NCBI GenBank assembly: GCA_040954595.2
Contig: JBECUI020000054.1
Location: 1 to 59,237, forward strand
Origin: Balanoglossus misakiensis
Taxonomy: Eukaryota; Animalia; Hemichordata
Reading direction: 5' to 3'
DNA: 59,237 bases
The first letter of the stretch is position 1. Every line of letters begins with the position of its first letter. Both the position numbers and the translations under genes were made by a program. Below, piece after piece: positions 20,743 through 33,800 of the stretch. The notes below the pieces were generated by a model, which saw nothing but the letters and a program-made list of their open reading frames with translations, had not been told where the DNA came from and did no database searches.

Positions 20743-22728
20743 TTTGGTGAACGCCTAGATTGTGCGCCAGTTTGTACCTGTCTCTCTGAAGTCACGTGAT
20801 TTGCTTACGAATTGACTCTGTGTACGTGATACTGTAGTATGTAGGCGAGGCAAACTAAAGCCCAGTAGCTAGGCACTATTGAGTTGGACAAACTTTTCGT
20901 TTTGATCTTTGGACTTCATACTACATGTATAGGTCAATATAAAGATACTCGTCATTGTACAGATGCCTGTGTAACCTCGCTAGTTCCTGTTTTAACAGTT
21001 TCAAGTCTTTCAACATTGAGCTGCCACTATCAGCATCAATCAATCCAACCAGCCGATAACTGGCCTTAATAATTTATTGCGTTACAACGCCTCCGTGCAG
21101 ATTCTAATAATATGCATATACATTGTACGTGCTCATACCACGAAAGTTGTGTCAGACGCAAGCTGAGTGCTGCATGAATGAAATGCCCTTATCGCCAGCG
21201 ACATTGCTAAGTCGCTGTCCGCATTTCAGCCACCTTCACTGTAAACGATAAATATGATAAACATTTGTGCAGAATGTGAATTGTAGAGAGAAGATCTTGA
21301 CAGAATATATGAAATAGTGCTTATAATAGTATGATCGTCCTACACATGTAGAATCTCAGCGTAATACAATGAATCCCTAACAGACTACCCACTGGGCCAC
21401 CTCCAGTATTCAGCGGCGCGTTTATGCAAATAATTCCGGAGAAATCTGGGCGATTTTGATGTAATTATTTCTTTGGTACATACAGAGTGTTGAGTGGGCA
21501 AGTGAACACATATCGACCCGTTTCTTTGACATGAAGTCCTGGGGTTATCAGGGCTGTCACGCCTGCCCTCTGTTCGGTGATTTTATTGGGTGTGGGGACA
21601 AATGTATAGGTTGTTTTTTTTCTTCTGTTTGTCTCTCACGGGATTGATGCATGAATCAGATTTGTCTATCATCAGAATCTAATCCGTCTGCAGAGTTTAT
21701 AGATGGCCAACGGCATGAGTCTTTCCCTGGCGACTGGTGGGCCTATACGGTGACCTTTAAATATGAACACACTCTAACGGTACAGACGGTTCTTCTATCC
21801 AAAATTCTGGGTCTACTGTTCTCACTACATGTATATCGTTTATTTGTTTTATTTGAAATGTTAGTTTTCCCTGAGTAGGGCTTTCCAGGTTTAAAGCCCG
21901 AAGATATAAACGCAATTCTCAGAATGTTTATCAGGTCTATGGGAAATTTGCGTTTCTAGTATTTCAAGAAGCCGCCCAATGCACAGTGCCAACAATTATC
22001 ACCGTGGTCACAACTGGACTATTTCATATACCTGTGGCATATCGCCGAAAGCCGGGGAAAAGTGTAACATTTTACCATGTAGTCGACATCAAACACCCAG
22101 CGCGTTTGACGCTTCGCTGGTTGGGGGGGGGGGGGGGGGGTTGCATCTAAAAATACAAACGAAAATCTGCTTCGGTCCCATAGCTGTACCTTGGCTTCTT
22201 TTATTCTGATAGACACTCACATGTTGATATTTAAATTTTGTTGATTTTATTATATCTATGCAATACATCAAACGCAGTAGTATTTCCAGTAGGACACTGA
22301 TGTTGAAAATTTGAAATTTATAAAAAACTAAAACAACTTTAAGAAAGAATCAATATACATAACAATGCTTCCAGGTTAATACAGAGAGTGTCAGAATATT
22401 CATACCAAACTTGATTGGTTGATACAGATTATTTGTGTGAATATTTCTAGGAAAATACAGCTTTTCCGCTCGAATTTGAAAAAAAAAGAAAACTGTGTTA
22501 CATAGAGTAGAAATGGAACTATAATTTCCAATGTTTACATTTTTTTTGAAAATTAAAATTGTCACTTTGGTACACTATTTATATAGCTTATGCATTCGAA
22601 GGTGAAAGACCAGAGTTCATCTTCTCTCTAATGTCAACAGTTGCGGATTTTGCTTCTTGGACATCAGCTACTGGGACAGTTGTTTGTAAAGCTTGTTTGT
22701 TAATGCAGGGAGTCTTAAGGACACTTAT

Positions 22729-24921
22729 TTACTGCGCGAATACCTTTACACAGTGGTTTCCATAGTCAACGACCAGAACATTACAAAGTGGTTCATCATC
22801 CGTTACACAGATACCTTGGGGACCTTTGAGTCCATCATCATCACTGTTAACACGACAGACAAATTTCCCCCCAGATTCATATTTGACAATTCTGTTATTG
22901 TTGCAATCTGAGACATACACAAAGCCGTGTTTATCCACAGCCACTCCGCGGGGGGAACTCAGCTGACCATCTCCACTTCCTTTGGAGCCGAATGTATACA
23001 GGAAGTGACCATCACTATCGAACACTTGAATTCGATGGTTCCAAGTATCTGATACATGGACATTGCCTTTGCCGTCAATGCAGACAAACCATGGGTAGTT
23101 AAACTCACCCTCCTTACTTCCCTTACTCCCAAATGATTTGATATGATTTCCATCTTGGTCGTAGATATGAATACAGTGTCCATGGTAATCCACAACATAA
23201 ACCCTCCCATTGACAGGACTTATGCCAATACCGATCGGCAATTTAATCTTTCCCTTCCCAAAACACTTGATCAGTTTGCCATTCTCGTCACAGACAATTA
23301 CCTGCTTATTTCCTTGATCTGTTGTGAAAACATTTCCATCCACTGACACAGCTGCATCGTATGGTTTAAATGCATTACCCAAATTTTCAAATCGGAATAT
23401 TTTCTGCTGTTTTCCACCCACACTGAAAGATTGCAATGTATGATTACCATAGTCAGAAACTAACGCATCTCCTGTTCTTGTGAGGGTTACCCCATATGGA
23501 CCGTTCAGCTGACCAACCCCTGAACCCTTCTCCCCAAATTTACACACCAACCCCTTCTTAGGAATAACTTTAATTCTAACCGGTGAACCACGTACTACTT
23601 TCTTACGTACCGACACTGACAGTTCATGTTCGCCTTCCGTGTTTGCACGAGTTTTCAAACTCAGTGTTCCGTCGTTATTATCGCTGACGTCCATCTTTTC
23701 TCTTAATGTCAAGACAGCCTCAACTTCTTCGATTTTCGTCTTGACTGGCGACGTCATAGTAACGCAGATTTCTTCGTCTATTCTTGTGAAGTCTGGAGCA
23801 TCCACTATTTCATAGGCAACTGCAGTGGTCTCTATCGCTCCTAGCTTCTTCTCCGTACAGAAATCATCACACGGTTCAAACTTCAGGTAGTCGCTCTCTA
23901 TCGGTTCGGTTTCTGTCTTCAATTTCAGCAATTCTGTCATCTGACTGGCTATCCCCTTCTTTGCCGTCATCAGCTGCGTAGCGTTGCCATGGTGAACCAG
24001 TTTCTCGGCGTATTCTCGCGCGTGCGACAGATCATTCTGGCAAACTTCCATTTCTTTCAGCTGAGCGTTTAAATTCAATTTTCGCCTGTCGTATTCGTCT
24101 TTCAGTTCTTTCAGAAGTTTGTCGCCGTTTTCTTGTATCAGACGAGTGAGTTCTTCGATTGTTTTACGGATGTGTTCTCTCAATTGGTCGCCTTCTCTCC
24201 TGAAGCTCTCGTCTAAGGATGTCGATACTTGGGTAACAGCTATCGTGCTCTCACTGACCTGAGTTTCTTTCGTTTTCACTTTGTCAATGGTCGTTAGCAA
24301 ATCTTCGGTGTAGGCTTCGGCTGCCTGTTTCACACAACGGTACTGGTGATCGGGTTTGCAATGATCCAACGCCGTGCACTTCAGACAGATCGCCTTGTCG
24401 CACGTATCGCAGTAGAATTCGATCTCGCAGTTTGGATGTTTGCTGCAGTAGATCGGTGGCTGAACGGAGGCGGGGTCAACCGACTTGGCGCTGTTGTATT
24501 CGTCCAGCGAAACGAGCCGGTGCAGTTTCGCCAACGGGACTTTTACGTGTCCCCTGGAACAAACATCACACATTTCGAGCGAACACTCGACACAGTGCAT
24601 GGTCCGAACGCCTTGCTCGCACAGTTCACACTTCATCGTTGACGTCGAAGTGTCTCGTTTATTGAGCAGTTCAACCAAACCGTTCAGAAAACCGCTGGTG
24701 TCGAAGCCGGACACGCCATTACCCGGAAGCTCGTGGGACCGCCGACATATTGGACAGTTTACAGCACCATGAGTTTTCTCTGCCAGCTTACCCAGACACG
24801 GCTCGCAGAAGGTGTGTAGACACGGTAGAATTTTCGCATTCTTGTACCTCTCTGAACAGACAGCACAGAGGAGGAAATTCTCGTCGATTTCCGTCGCAAC
24901 CCCGGAATCCTTGGCAGCCAT
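22729..24921 (-). CDS. Intronless TRIM-NHL protein B2, ~730 aa
   Basis: Same architecture and length as B1 with all zinc ligands intact; MAAK ATG at 24921. Confidence 0.93.
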   Translation of the reverse strand: MAAKDSGVATEIDENFLLCAVCSERYKNAKILPCLHTFCEPCLGKLAEKTHGAVNCPICRRSHELPGNGVSGFDTSGFLNGLVELLNKRDTSTSTMKCELCEQGVRTMHCVECSLEMCDVCSRGHVKVPLAKLHRLVSLDEYNSAKSVDPASVQPPIYCSKHPNCEIEFYCDTCDKAICLKCTALDHCKPDHQYRCVKQAAEAYTEDLLTTIDKVKTKETQVSESTIAVTQVSTSLDESFRREGDQLREHIRKTIEELTRLIQENGDKLLKELKDEYDRRKLNLNAQLKEMEVCQNDLSHAREYAEKLVHHGNATQLMTAKKGIASQMTELLKLKTETEPIESDYLKFEPCDDFCTEKKLGAIETTAVAYEIVDAPDFTRIDEEICVTMTSPVKTKIEEVEAVLTLREKMDVSDNNDGTLSLKTRANTEGEHELSVSVRKKVVRGSPVRIKVIPKKGLVCKFGEKGSGVGQLNGPYGVTLTRTGDALVSDYGNHTLQSFSVGGKQQKIFRFENLGNAFKPYDAAVSVDGNVFTTDQGNKQVIVCDENGKLIKCFGKGKIKLPIGIGISPVNGRVYVVDYHGHCIHIYDQDGNHIKSFGSKGSKEGEFNYPWFVCIDGKGNVHVSDTWNHRIQVFDSDGHFLYTFGSKGSGDGQLSSPRGVAVDKHGFVYVSDCNNNRIVKYESGGKFVCRVNSDDDGLKGPQGICVTDDEPLCNVLVVDYGNHCVKVFAQ

Positions 24922-25246
24922 GATCGCGCTGTTCGTTGATCGTCTGTTTACCGTACTCGTGACCTGGCTAGTTACCATCACGTGACCAAAATTCTACGAA
25001 CTGTGCATTGACAATGTATTTCTACGAAAGGGGCTATACTATGGTCTTTCTTTTGTGCATATGGAGTTGAGAGATTTTGAAATTTAAGATTCGTGAACAC
25101 AAATCAAAAGTATAATATTCGTTGTCCTCAGGTGAACTTTTAAATGACCCGACGTGACTTCATATGACCTCCAGAACTGTACATGTACGTTGTATCTCAT
25201 CTTTCTATTCCTATCAGGCCGAAATGTGGAAATGTGACGTGTAGGA

Positions 25247-25272
25247 TACACACACACACACACACGCACACG

Positions 25273-25308
<36 letters not shown>

Positions 25309-25309
25309 T
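25247..25309. repeat. (CA)n/(CG)n microsatellite
   Basis: Direct reading. Confidence 0.95.
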
Positions 25310-25375
25310 AACAAGACAGCATACACTGCATTGTGGTGGCGCTATGCACACGCGCCCTAGCTACATGTAAACCTG

Positions 25376-25992
25376 GGGTGCGTTCGACGCACAAAGCGTT
25401 TTGTGAATGCTTGCGCAGGGCGCTTTTGTACTTGGTCGAACGATAGGCTTGTCAAATGGGGGCGTGAAAGGCATAATGGCGGCATATATAAAGCGACAAG
25501 CCTGTATGATACTTGTGCAACAATTTATAGACGATAGCGTCGGCATTGACGATGTGGATATATACAAACCAACAAGCCGCTGCTAACTTAAACATAACAT
25601 CCTCCCGTGATTTAGTATCAGCAGCGGCCGTTGGCAAGAATGTCCCTGTGCGCATATAAGGACATGATTCCGGAAGTGCATACCACTTTTAAACCGTAGC
25701 GGCACAATTCATGTGAATTGGTGTATTGGTGGGGAAAAATACAAGCTTTCGCTTGGTAAAACTATCACTACCTAATCGACAAATATTCTGCAACTTCTTT
25801 GAAAATATGCCCTGCGAGTCGTACTTTGGCTAACATGTCCGCCATTTTGAATTAATGAGTTGTTCGCCGCGAGTCACCTCCGTCTTACGCCTTCCATTGT
25901 TACAAAACGTTCGCGAAAAACAATGACAAAAGATCGTTCGACATGAAAACGTTCCCGAACGTTGCCGAACGCTTCGTACGTCGAACGCACCC
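25376..25992. mobile_element. Non-autonomous TIR element (GGG...CCC ends, possibly PIF/Harbinger-like)
   Basis: GGGTGCGTTCGACGCACAAAGCGTT versus the reverse complement of AACGCTTCGTACGTCGAACGCACCC (23/25); TSD unclear. Confidence 0.6.
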
Positions 25993-27296
25993 TGAATACA
26001 TCTAAACCATCTACACGAACGGATCACAAAGAGCGCCATCATTATCCGGAATTACGGCTGCTTTCTCCCTTGGCCGTTATAAAGTTTCATCTCTCGATAC
26101 ACTTTGGGCGTTTTAGTGACAGAATAATAACAAGACTAAATTCATTAATTTACATTCATTTGTTTTTTGACAAAACGACATATATCGTAGGGTAAAAGTT
26201 GCCTTACTCATTTCTTTTACTCCCCGGAATAAGGAAATCAAATTAAATTGATGTGATATTACAGGGTCTCTATCTGTACCACCTGGTTACACCTCACCCC
26301 ACCCCTCACCCCGAAAAAAACACGTTTCTATTTGCATATATATTTTATTCCGATACCAAGAAATATTGTGTAACGGAACTCCAAAAACAACGGCAGCGGA
26401 TTTCTAATAATAAATTTACGTCTTTAATTGGTTTCATGGTCGGAAAACAACATGTTTAAATTATTTATAAGGCAACATGTTACTGGTACAGAGAATTTTA
26501 AAATAAAACGTGTATCAGAAAATTTGTGAAGAATTTATACGGGTATTAGAAATAACGGCAAAGGCGTATTTGCTGGAAAGGAGAATTTGTTGATTCAGGC
26601 AGCAAAGATTGGGCTTCGGGAGATTTCTTAACTCTCGCCATATATATGGCTGGAAGGTACTAGACCCACACACTTTTTCCAGTACGGTATTTCAGTTCTG
26701 CTTGTATCCCTTCTGCACACTTATGAGTGCGAATTTCTGTGCTCGAGTACTGTTAAAGGGACATGCGCTGCAACTGGATAAAAAAATAAAGTTTTAAATA
26801 ATCTCATATATTCTTTTAATTATGTCTATTAAATGATATTTCATGATAGCATATCAAGATCAACACTTATTTATGACAAAATTGGCAAAAATTAAAGAAA
26901 AATGAAAATTCCTGCAATTTTTTTTTAAAAGTGCAATATTGCAATAAAAAAATGAAAATCTGATGTCTCAGTGGTGTACATTTACTTCCATGAGCTCAAG
27001 TGGATGAGATCATGTTTTGTTTATGAAGTTTCATAACCGGAAATGCAACTTTTCATTGTTTCTTGCATTTTCCCACGGCGGCGGCCATAATCGCTTGCGG
27101 CAAAGCTTTATTATTTATCTGGTTAAAACTTGCACATGCACTCATATTTAGGGTTTATAATGCTTGTGTATAGTTCACTGCCTTCATCTGCATGGACTAA
27201 TGGTAGTGCAGTTTGAAAAAAAAATATGAAAATTATCCCAAAAGTTACAGCTTACATGTACGTGCCTTTAATGAACAAGCTAAGGTAGATGCACCC

Positions 27297-27643
27297 TGAA
27301 CGGGACAAAGTCTCTCTCTCGCTGCCCTTTTTCCATTAATTAAGTTTGATACAAGACACCGTTCATGTTATTCTACATGTGGATATATAGTGAATCAACA
27401 TTCAACGACACACAACTTCCATCCCGTTTATAGGATATGAGAGTAAAAATCTCGCCAAAATGAATAAATGGTAAACACCGATTATTCATTTTGGTGAGTT
27501 TTTCACTCTCGTGTCTACAAGTTGGATGGAAGTTGTGTGTGGTTGAACGTTGATTCACTATATATAGAATAACATTAACAGTGTCTTGTATCAAACATTA
27601 TTAATGGGAAAAGGGCAGCGAGAGAGAGACTTTGTCCCTTTAA
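27297..27643. mobile_element. ~350-bp palindromic MITE, family 1 (AGGGACAAAGTCTCTCTC ends, TTAA flanks; Kolobok-like)
   Basis: Long internal inverted repeat; other copies at 41339, 54208, 56167 and 58974. Confidence 0.85.
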
Positions 27644-27997
27644 ATGGATTATAGACGACAATTTCCCTTCCAGAACACAGAAACATACGAGATGGACTTG
27701 GACCTCGTGGTGGTGGAATGTGTGCGGGAGGGAGGATGTGTGTGTGTTGGGGGGGGGGGGGGGTGTATTGATCGCATTTCTCAACTGACAGCCTGCATTT
27801 CCATGCGTCTTTGTCAAAGTTTATGAATCATTCAAGCAGTTCCTAAGTAATTATTCATGACAAAGCACAGTTGCGTAAATTGTAAACGGGCGCCTAATTT
27901 GCTTAATGTTTGCATGCGATTTGTATACATATTTGAATCCGCGGAAAGTTCCCACAAGATGAATAGATTACTTTGCTTCATTTGTTATTGATTCAAT

Positions 27998-28960
27998 TTT
28001 TTTTTGGCTGCTGCATCAAATTAGAATTTTTGGCAGACAACATATTTCTGCTCGGCGAGGCTTAATTAAGTGTTGTTTTCCAGTTATCGACGGGCTGAGA
28101 AGATATTATTTTGAATATAAACATACATATTGATAAAAAATTAAAAAAAGAAAATTAAATCTTAGCCTTTTCCATCAAGTATGCAGCAAGCTAATAAAAA
28201 TTACTGCAACGTAGAAGTACATAGAATGAAGTGTGACAATATTTCAACTCTAAGTCCCGTTTAACAACAAATTCATCAAGTTCTCATTAATATACACCAA
28301 CACTAGGATCTATTAATACAGACAATTTACAACCTGTTAATTAATACAGCCTTGTTATTCATAAAAAGGTAAATTCTCATGTTTGAAATATTTAAAATGC
28401 ACAGAATGAAGAAGGGCACCTGCATCTTTTTGGCTGCTGCATCAAATTAGAATTTTTGGCAGGCAACATATTTCTGCTCGGCGAGGCTTAATTAAGTGTT
28501 GTTTTCCAGTTATCGACGGGCTGAGAAGATATTATTTTGAATATAAACATACATATTGATAAAAAATTAAAAACAGACAACGAAATCTTAGCCTTTTCCA
28601 TCAAGTATGCAGCAAGCTAATAAAAATTACTGCAACGTAAAAGTACATAGAATGAAGTGTGACAATATTTCAACTCTAAGTCCCGTTTAACAACAAATTC
28701 ATCAAGTTCTCATTAATATACACCAACACTAGGATCTATTAACACAGGCAATTTACAACCTGTTAATTAATACAGCCTTGTTATTCATAAAAAAGGTAAA
28801 TTCTCATGTTTGAAATATTTAAAATGCACAGAATGAAAAAGGACACCTGCATCTTTTTTGGCTGCTGCATCAAATTAGAATTTTTGGCAGGCAACATATT
28901 TCCTGTTGTTTTCCAGTTATCGACGGGCTGAGAAGATATTATTTTGAATATAAACATACA
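27998..28960. repeat. Direct tandem duplication, ~425-bp unit, about 2.25 copies
   Basis: TTTTTGGCTGCTGCATCAAATTAGAATTTTTGGCAG at ~28001, ~28427 and ~28855. Confidence 0.9.
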
Positions 28961-29803
28961 ATCCATGATTATTTTCCAGAATGGTACGTGTATGCTGAAA
29001 TCCACAGATATATCGATGTGTAGCTTTCCCTGGTTCATGCAATTACAATGAAAAGCCTGCTTTTAATTTTGACTTATGCAATGCGTATCAATGTCGTCAG
29101 CCTCTAGTTAGATACTGATACACCTTAAAAGGAGAGAAATTTATGCGTGAATTTTTAACACAATAATTACCGCTGGTCTATAAATATCCTTACTTTGAAA
29201 CAAAGTTGTTAGTTGGTACGTCGACAAAGTCGTTTGTTCGACTTTCACAATCTGCTTGATAAACGGCGGCGAAAACGAAGGTATGTTTCTTGAAGCTTAC
29301 ACTATTCGGTAGTGTGGACCGAACTACATTGACTGTAGCAATGCAATAATGGAGCGAAGACATTTTGTAAAATAATGCCTTACTTTTGAAAAAAAAGTTT
29401 AATTTTGTACGTTTGCAAAGTGTCTTTTTCAACTCCCACCATCTTCTTGATACAAGCATTCGGTAAGGTTATTTGTATACGTGTTTATTACTATACAATA
29501 GTGCAAGGTAACAAACAAAAACGACAATGTACATGTATGTAACTGCTTACAAACTTGTGACATAAAGAGTTGTAGGAAGCAAAATCTGCGACAAGACTAA
29601 ATGTATTTTAAAGTGGATATGCTATGGATGTGTACAGAAGGACCTTGTCTATAAGACCTGTAGAAATTTGATTACAGAAATAACAGGAACCGAATAATGT
29701 GTTCTCTCTTTGAATGCTATTAAATTTCAGAAAGTATATTAATTCATTAATTGCAGTATGTCTGTCTTCAAAACTGCGTTTTTATAAGACTTTATATGAC
29801 ATC

Positions 29804-30694
29804 ATGGCATTTCAGGCGATCATGATCACATCGCACTCCGCGGCGATTTGGTTTGGCATGTTTGCATTACTTGTGGCGCAGATCACAGCTGCCAGCACAA
29901 ACAAGAGGAAGATTGAGGAAGAGCGAAGAATCCGTGCACTGCGTCCGAGCTTCGTCAAACGTGAACATCAAGCTCCACTGATTCACGCTGGAGACGAGAA
30001 GATAGACGAGGAATACATTGTAAAACTGAGGGTTAGTAGATGTTGTGGCGGACACACACGTCTCCCAATTAATCTTCTGTGTTGAAAGGTCATGTGTTCA
30101 CAGCTGACGCTATGTTTCCAGATAAGCAATGCCGGACAAAGACAATCAAAACATTCTCTATATATTTCAATAAAATTATTTACTTCTACAGGTATGGATG
30201 GGCCTTAGTTCTCCCACAGCCTATATACGGTTCGCTACAAGGCTCTTGACATGTTACACACTGATGAACTCCCGTCGCTAGGAGATGCACCATAATGTTT
30301 TGTGCAGACTCGCAGGCCAGGTTTCACTCGGCCATTAAGACCCATCGTTAAATCCGACAATATGTCTGCGCAGGCAACGAAAGGGTCTGTGAGTCAAAGA
30401 CGGGCCTATAAATCCAAGTCGAATGAACAACTATTGACTTACTACACTTATCACTTGATTTGCAACACTTCGCACAATCAATACATATTATCTCATTTCA
30501 TTCAGGACGACCTTACTGATAATGAATTAGGCGAATTCGAAGACAAATTTCAAGCACTTTCTGAAGAACATGGCTGGCACATTGATTTTCAAATTAATGT
30601 GACACAATTGATGAAAGGATTTGTCGCCAGAATTCCCAGTGGAGCAGTTGATATAGTATGTGTCCATTTTGTTGTCATTAATTCCAACGGCCAA

Positions 30695-30725
<31 letters not shown>

Positions 30726-30801
30726 TGTATGTATGTATGTATGTATGTATGTATGTATGTATGTATGTGTGTATGTATGTATGTATGTATGTATGTATGT
30801 A

Positions 30802-30890
<89 letters not shown>

Positions 30891-33800
30891 ATGTATGTAT
30901 GTATGTATGTATGTATGTATGTATGTATGTATCATCCTCTTCTTATTTTCATTCAGCTCCGTTGGCTGGATGAGGTAGAGTTTGTTGAAGAAGACGAAGT
31001 TGTCCATGGAAATGTAGAGTGGGGTTTGGACAGGATTGATCAGGCAAATCTGCCTTTGAATAACGTTTATTCAACACGACTAGGTAAGTCAGGGACCCTC
31101 TTTGCAGTTAACCTTACACGCAGGTTGTACGTGATTAAGTGTTCGGCGTTGGAAGTTTGTTTATTCATATACGACGATCTTCTTAACAATTAATTTGCGG
31201 TAATCATATGTACTACATTTATATTCTCTTAGAAATACCACATTTAACTTAAAATATCCATTGTTTTTTTCGCCAGCTTCGTTTGTTAAGTGAATTATTA
31301 ACCAAGTAATTGTTGTGACCATCGCTTACTCAGTTAGCCTTAAGTATGCGTGTAATCACTTTTTCATCATTCTTATTTTCTGTTCTGTAAAGGGGACGGC
31401 AGTGGCGTGTATGTCTTTGTTTTTGATACTGGCATACGTTATTCTCACAGCGAGTTTGGTGGTAGAGCACATCCATTTTTCGATGCCTTTTCAGATGGAC
31501 AAAATGTAAGATGCTCTATATAATACCACTGTCTGAGTAACATATGGTAAAATGTAAATGCCTCCGTGTCGAATTAAATATACATATTGTGAGAACATTC
31601 GTTTTTAAGAAATATATTTCCGGAACACAGGTTCAACTTAAACTGTTGCGTCCACTGTATATTTATTTTTTTCAGAAATAATCTTTGGGCTGCAAAAGAA
31701 CTATTTTGCAAAAATGTCTTACCAGTTTAAATCAATTCAGTTGATTAACACAATTTACAAAATATAAATTGCATTACTTCATGAAAAGAGACTACTAAGG
31801 TTTTTCTGTGTTCAAAATTACTGTTGTCGCTGGCCCCTGTTTGAGGAGTTATATGTATTGATAACATTCGTGTGTATAATACTTATATCGTTGGCCTATG
31901 TTTTATACAGGGAAACGACTGTACAGGACATGGTACTCACTGTGCAGGTACTATTGGTGGGAGCACTGTTGGTGTTGCACCTGGTGTTACGCTGTTTTCT
32001 GTTCGCGTTTTGGACTGTTGGGGAAGTGGGGCTTGGAGCGGCGTTATTGAAGGTGAGGGTACAATTACAAAAAAGATACATTGCAATTTTAATGCAAGGC
32101 GTACGGCAAATTAGACATTCATAACATCCGGGTCCTCAACACTTATCCCTGCAGGCATGGATGCAGTCGCTGGTTCCAATATGGGACCAGCATTGGTCTC
32201 CATGTCGCTGGTCGGTTGGCGCAACCGGGCCACGAATTTGGCAGTCAAACGGTTAACCGATGCTGGGTACATCGTAGTCGTTGCTGCTGGAAACGATAAG
32301 AGAGACGCCTGTACCAAGTCACCTGCATCGGCTCCTGAGGTAATACATTTGAAGTCTGGCAAAATCAATTAGAATATTTTGAGGCATGACTCCAAGCAGA
32401 AAAGTGACATACGATCACCAAGAGTATGCGTGCCATCTTAGGAAAGGAATAAAATGCAGGTGTTAACGCCCAGTGTGTATAGTTTTATCTGTTTTTAGCT
32501 AGCTCAGCAAAGTCACCTCCAATTCTTGTGAGTTCTGATTTTGATTTCACCGTGAAGTATCCGTATAGCGACGGTTAAAGTACCGTTCGCTCCATTGTAC
32601 ATGTGTTCATTTCTGAAAATATCCTGCCCACGTCCATTGTCACGCACTGTGTGTCGTACATGTACATGTACATGACCAGACTATACCATAACTGACTGAT
32701 AGTTGGCAACTATTTCTGTATGTTACAGGCAATTACGGTGGGAGCCACTCAATCTAACGATGCTTTAGCTGGGTATTCTAATTACGGCAGCTGTGTTAAT
32801 ATTCTGGCACCAGGAAGTGACGTCAGAAGTGCTTGGCACACTGGGGACGCCAGCTACAACACTATTAGTGGAACCTCGATGGCAACTCCTCACGTTACTG
32901 GTAAGAGTGTCTTGATATATTCTGGGGTCTTCATGTATTCTCAGGGTATGCTGTAAGCAAATATATGTAAACTTAAGATGGGTCCCTGGGATCTTTTTGC
33001 CCGTTGCTATGGGCCTTTATAGGACATTACACCCCGATTTGGACTAAGACGTTTTCAGAGTCTAACAAGGGGCTGGTAACTGGTTGAAAATCTGCACGAT
33101 TGTGAGCGCGCGCCCCCTGACGCCATTGATATGCAAATTAGTTAGGTCAAATTTCAAAAGCCTAAGGCTTTTTATTCCGTGACCTCAAAAACGAACTTGA
33201 TACGTATTCATTAGTTGCTTGAACCAGGGAAGATCGTGACGGATTTTGTTTTCGAATATTATCGTTGTATCCTACGATTTCAGCATACCCGTACCACACC
33301 TGAAAAAGTCATCGATTTTGGGTGTTTTTGGACGCACTCTTCCACTGGTATCGCTTCTTAGCACGACGAAAACCGAAAAAACGATCCGTCACACTATGCG
33401 GAAGTGCGTTCTCAACAAGCAGGTCAAATTTGGCTGGCCTACGTCGCCTGTGAAAAAAGCCTTAGGGATTTTCGTGAACGGTACAAAATCTCTGTGTACA
33501 AAACATTGGATTTTTAGCGTTCGATCCAGTTACTGTGGTTACAGGACGCGCACGCTATCGCTGACCGCTGATTTGCCGTATTAGCGTGGCGGCCTATGGC
33601 CGGGCGGTAGCTGCCGTAAACATACTCAGACAGGGGGTGTGCACACAATCGTGCGTATTTTTAACTAGTTACAAGCCCCTTGTCGGACGTTCATAACGGT
33701 TTCGATCAAAATTGAGTGTAGTGTCCTATAAAGGGCCATAGCAACGAGCAAAAAGATCCTAGGGACCCATCTTAACAAATTGCTCTCTATTTCTTCAAGG

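Noticed and set aside
26753-27271. Possible TTAA-flanked MITE (TTAAAGGGACATGCGCTG ... GTACGTGCCTTTAA)
   Set aside because: The terminal inverted match is too degenerate to call with confidence.
30255-30300. CTGATGA followed by a CTCC/GGAG stem in subtilisin intron 1
   Set aside because: The GAAA half of the hammerhead core is absent; at most a dead relic.
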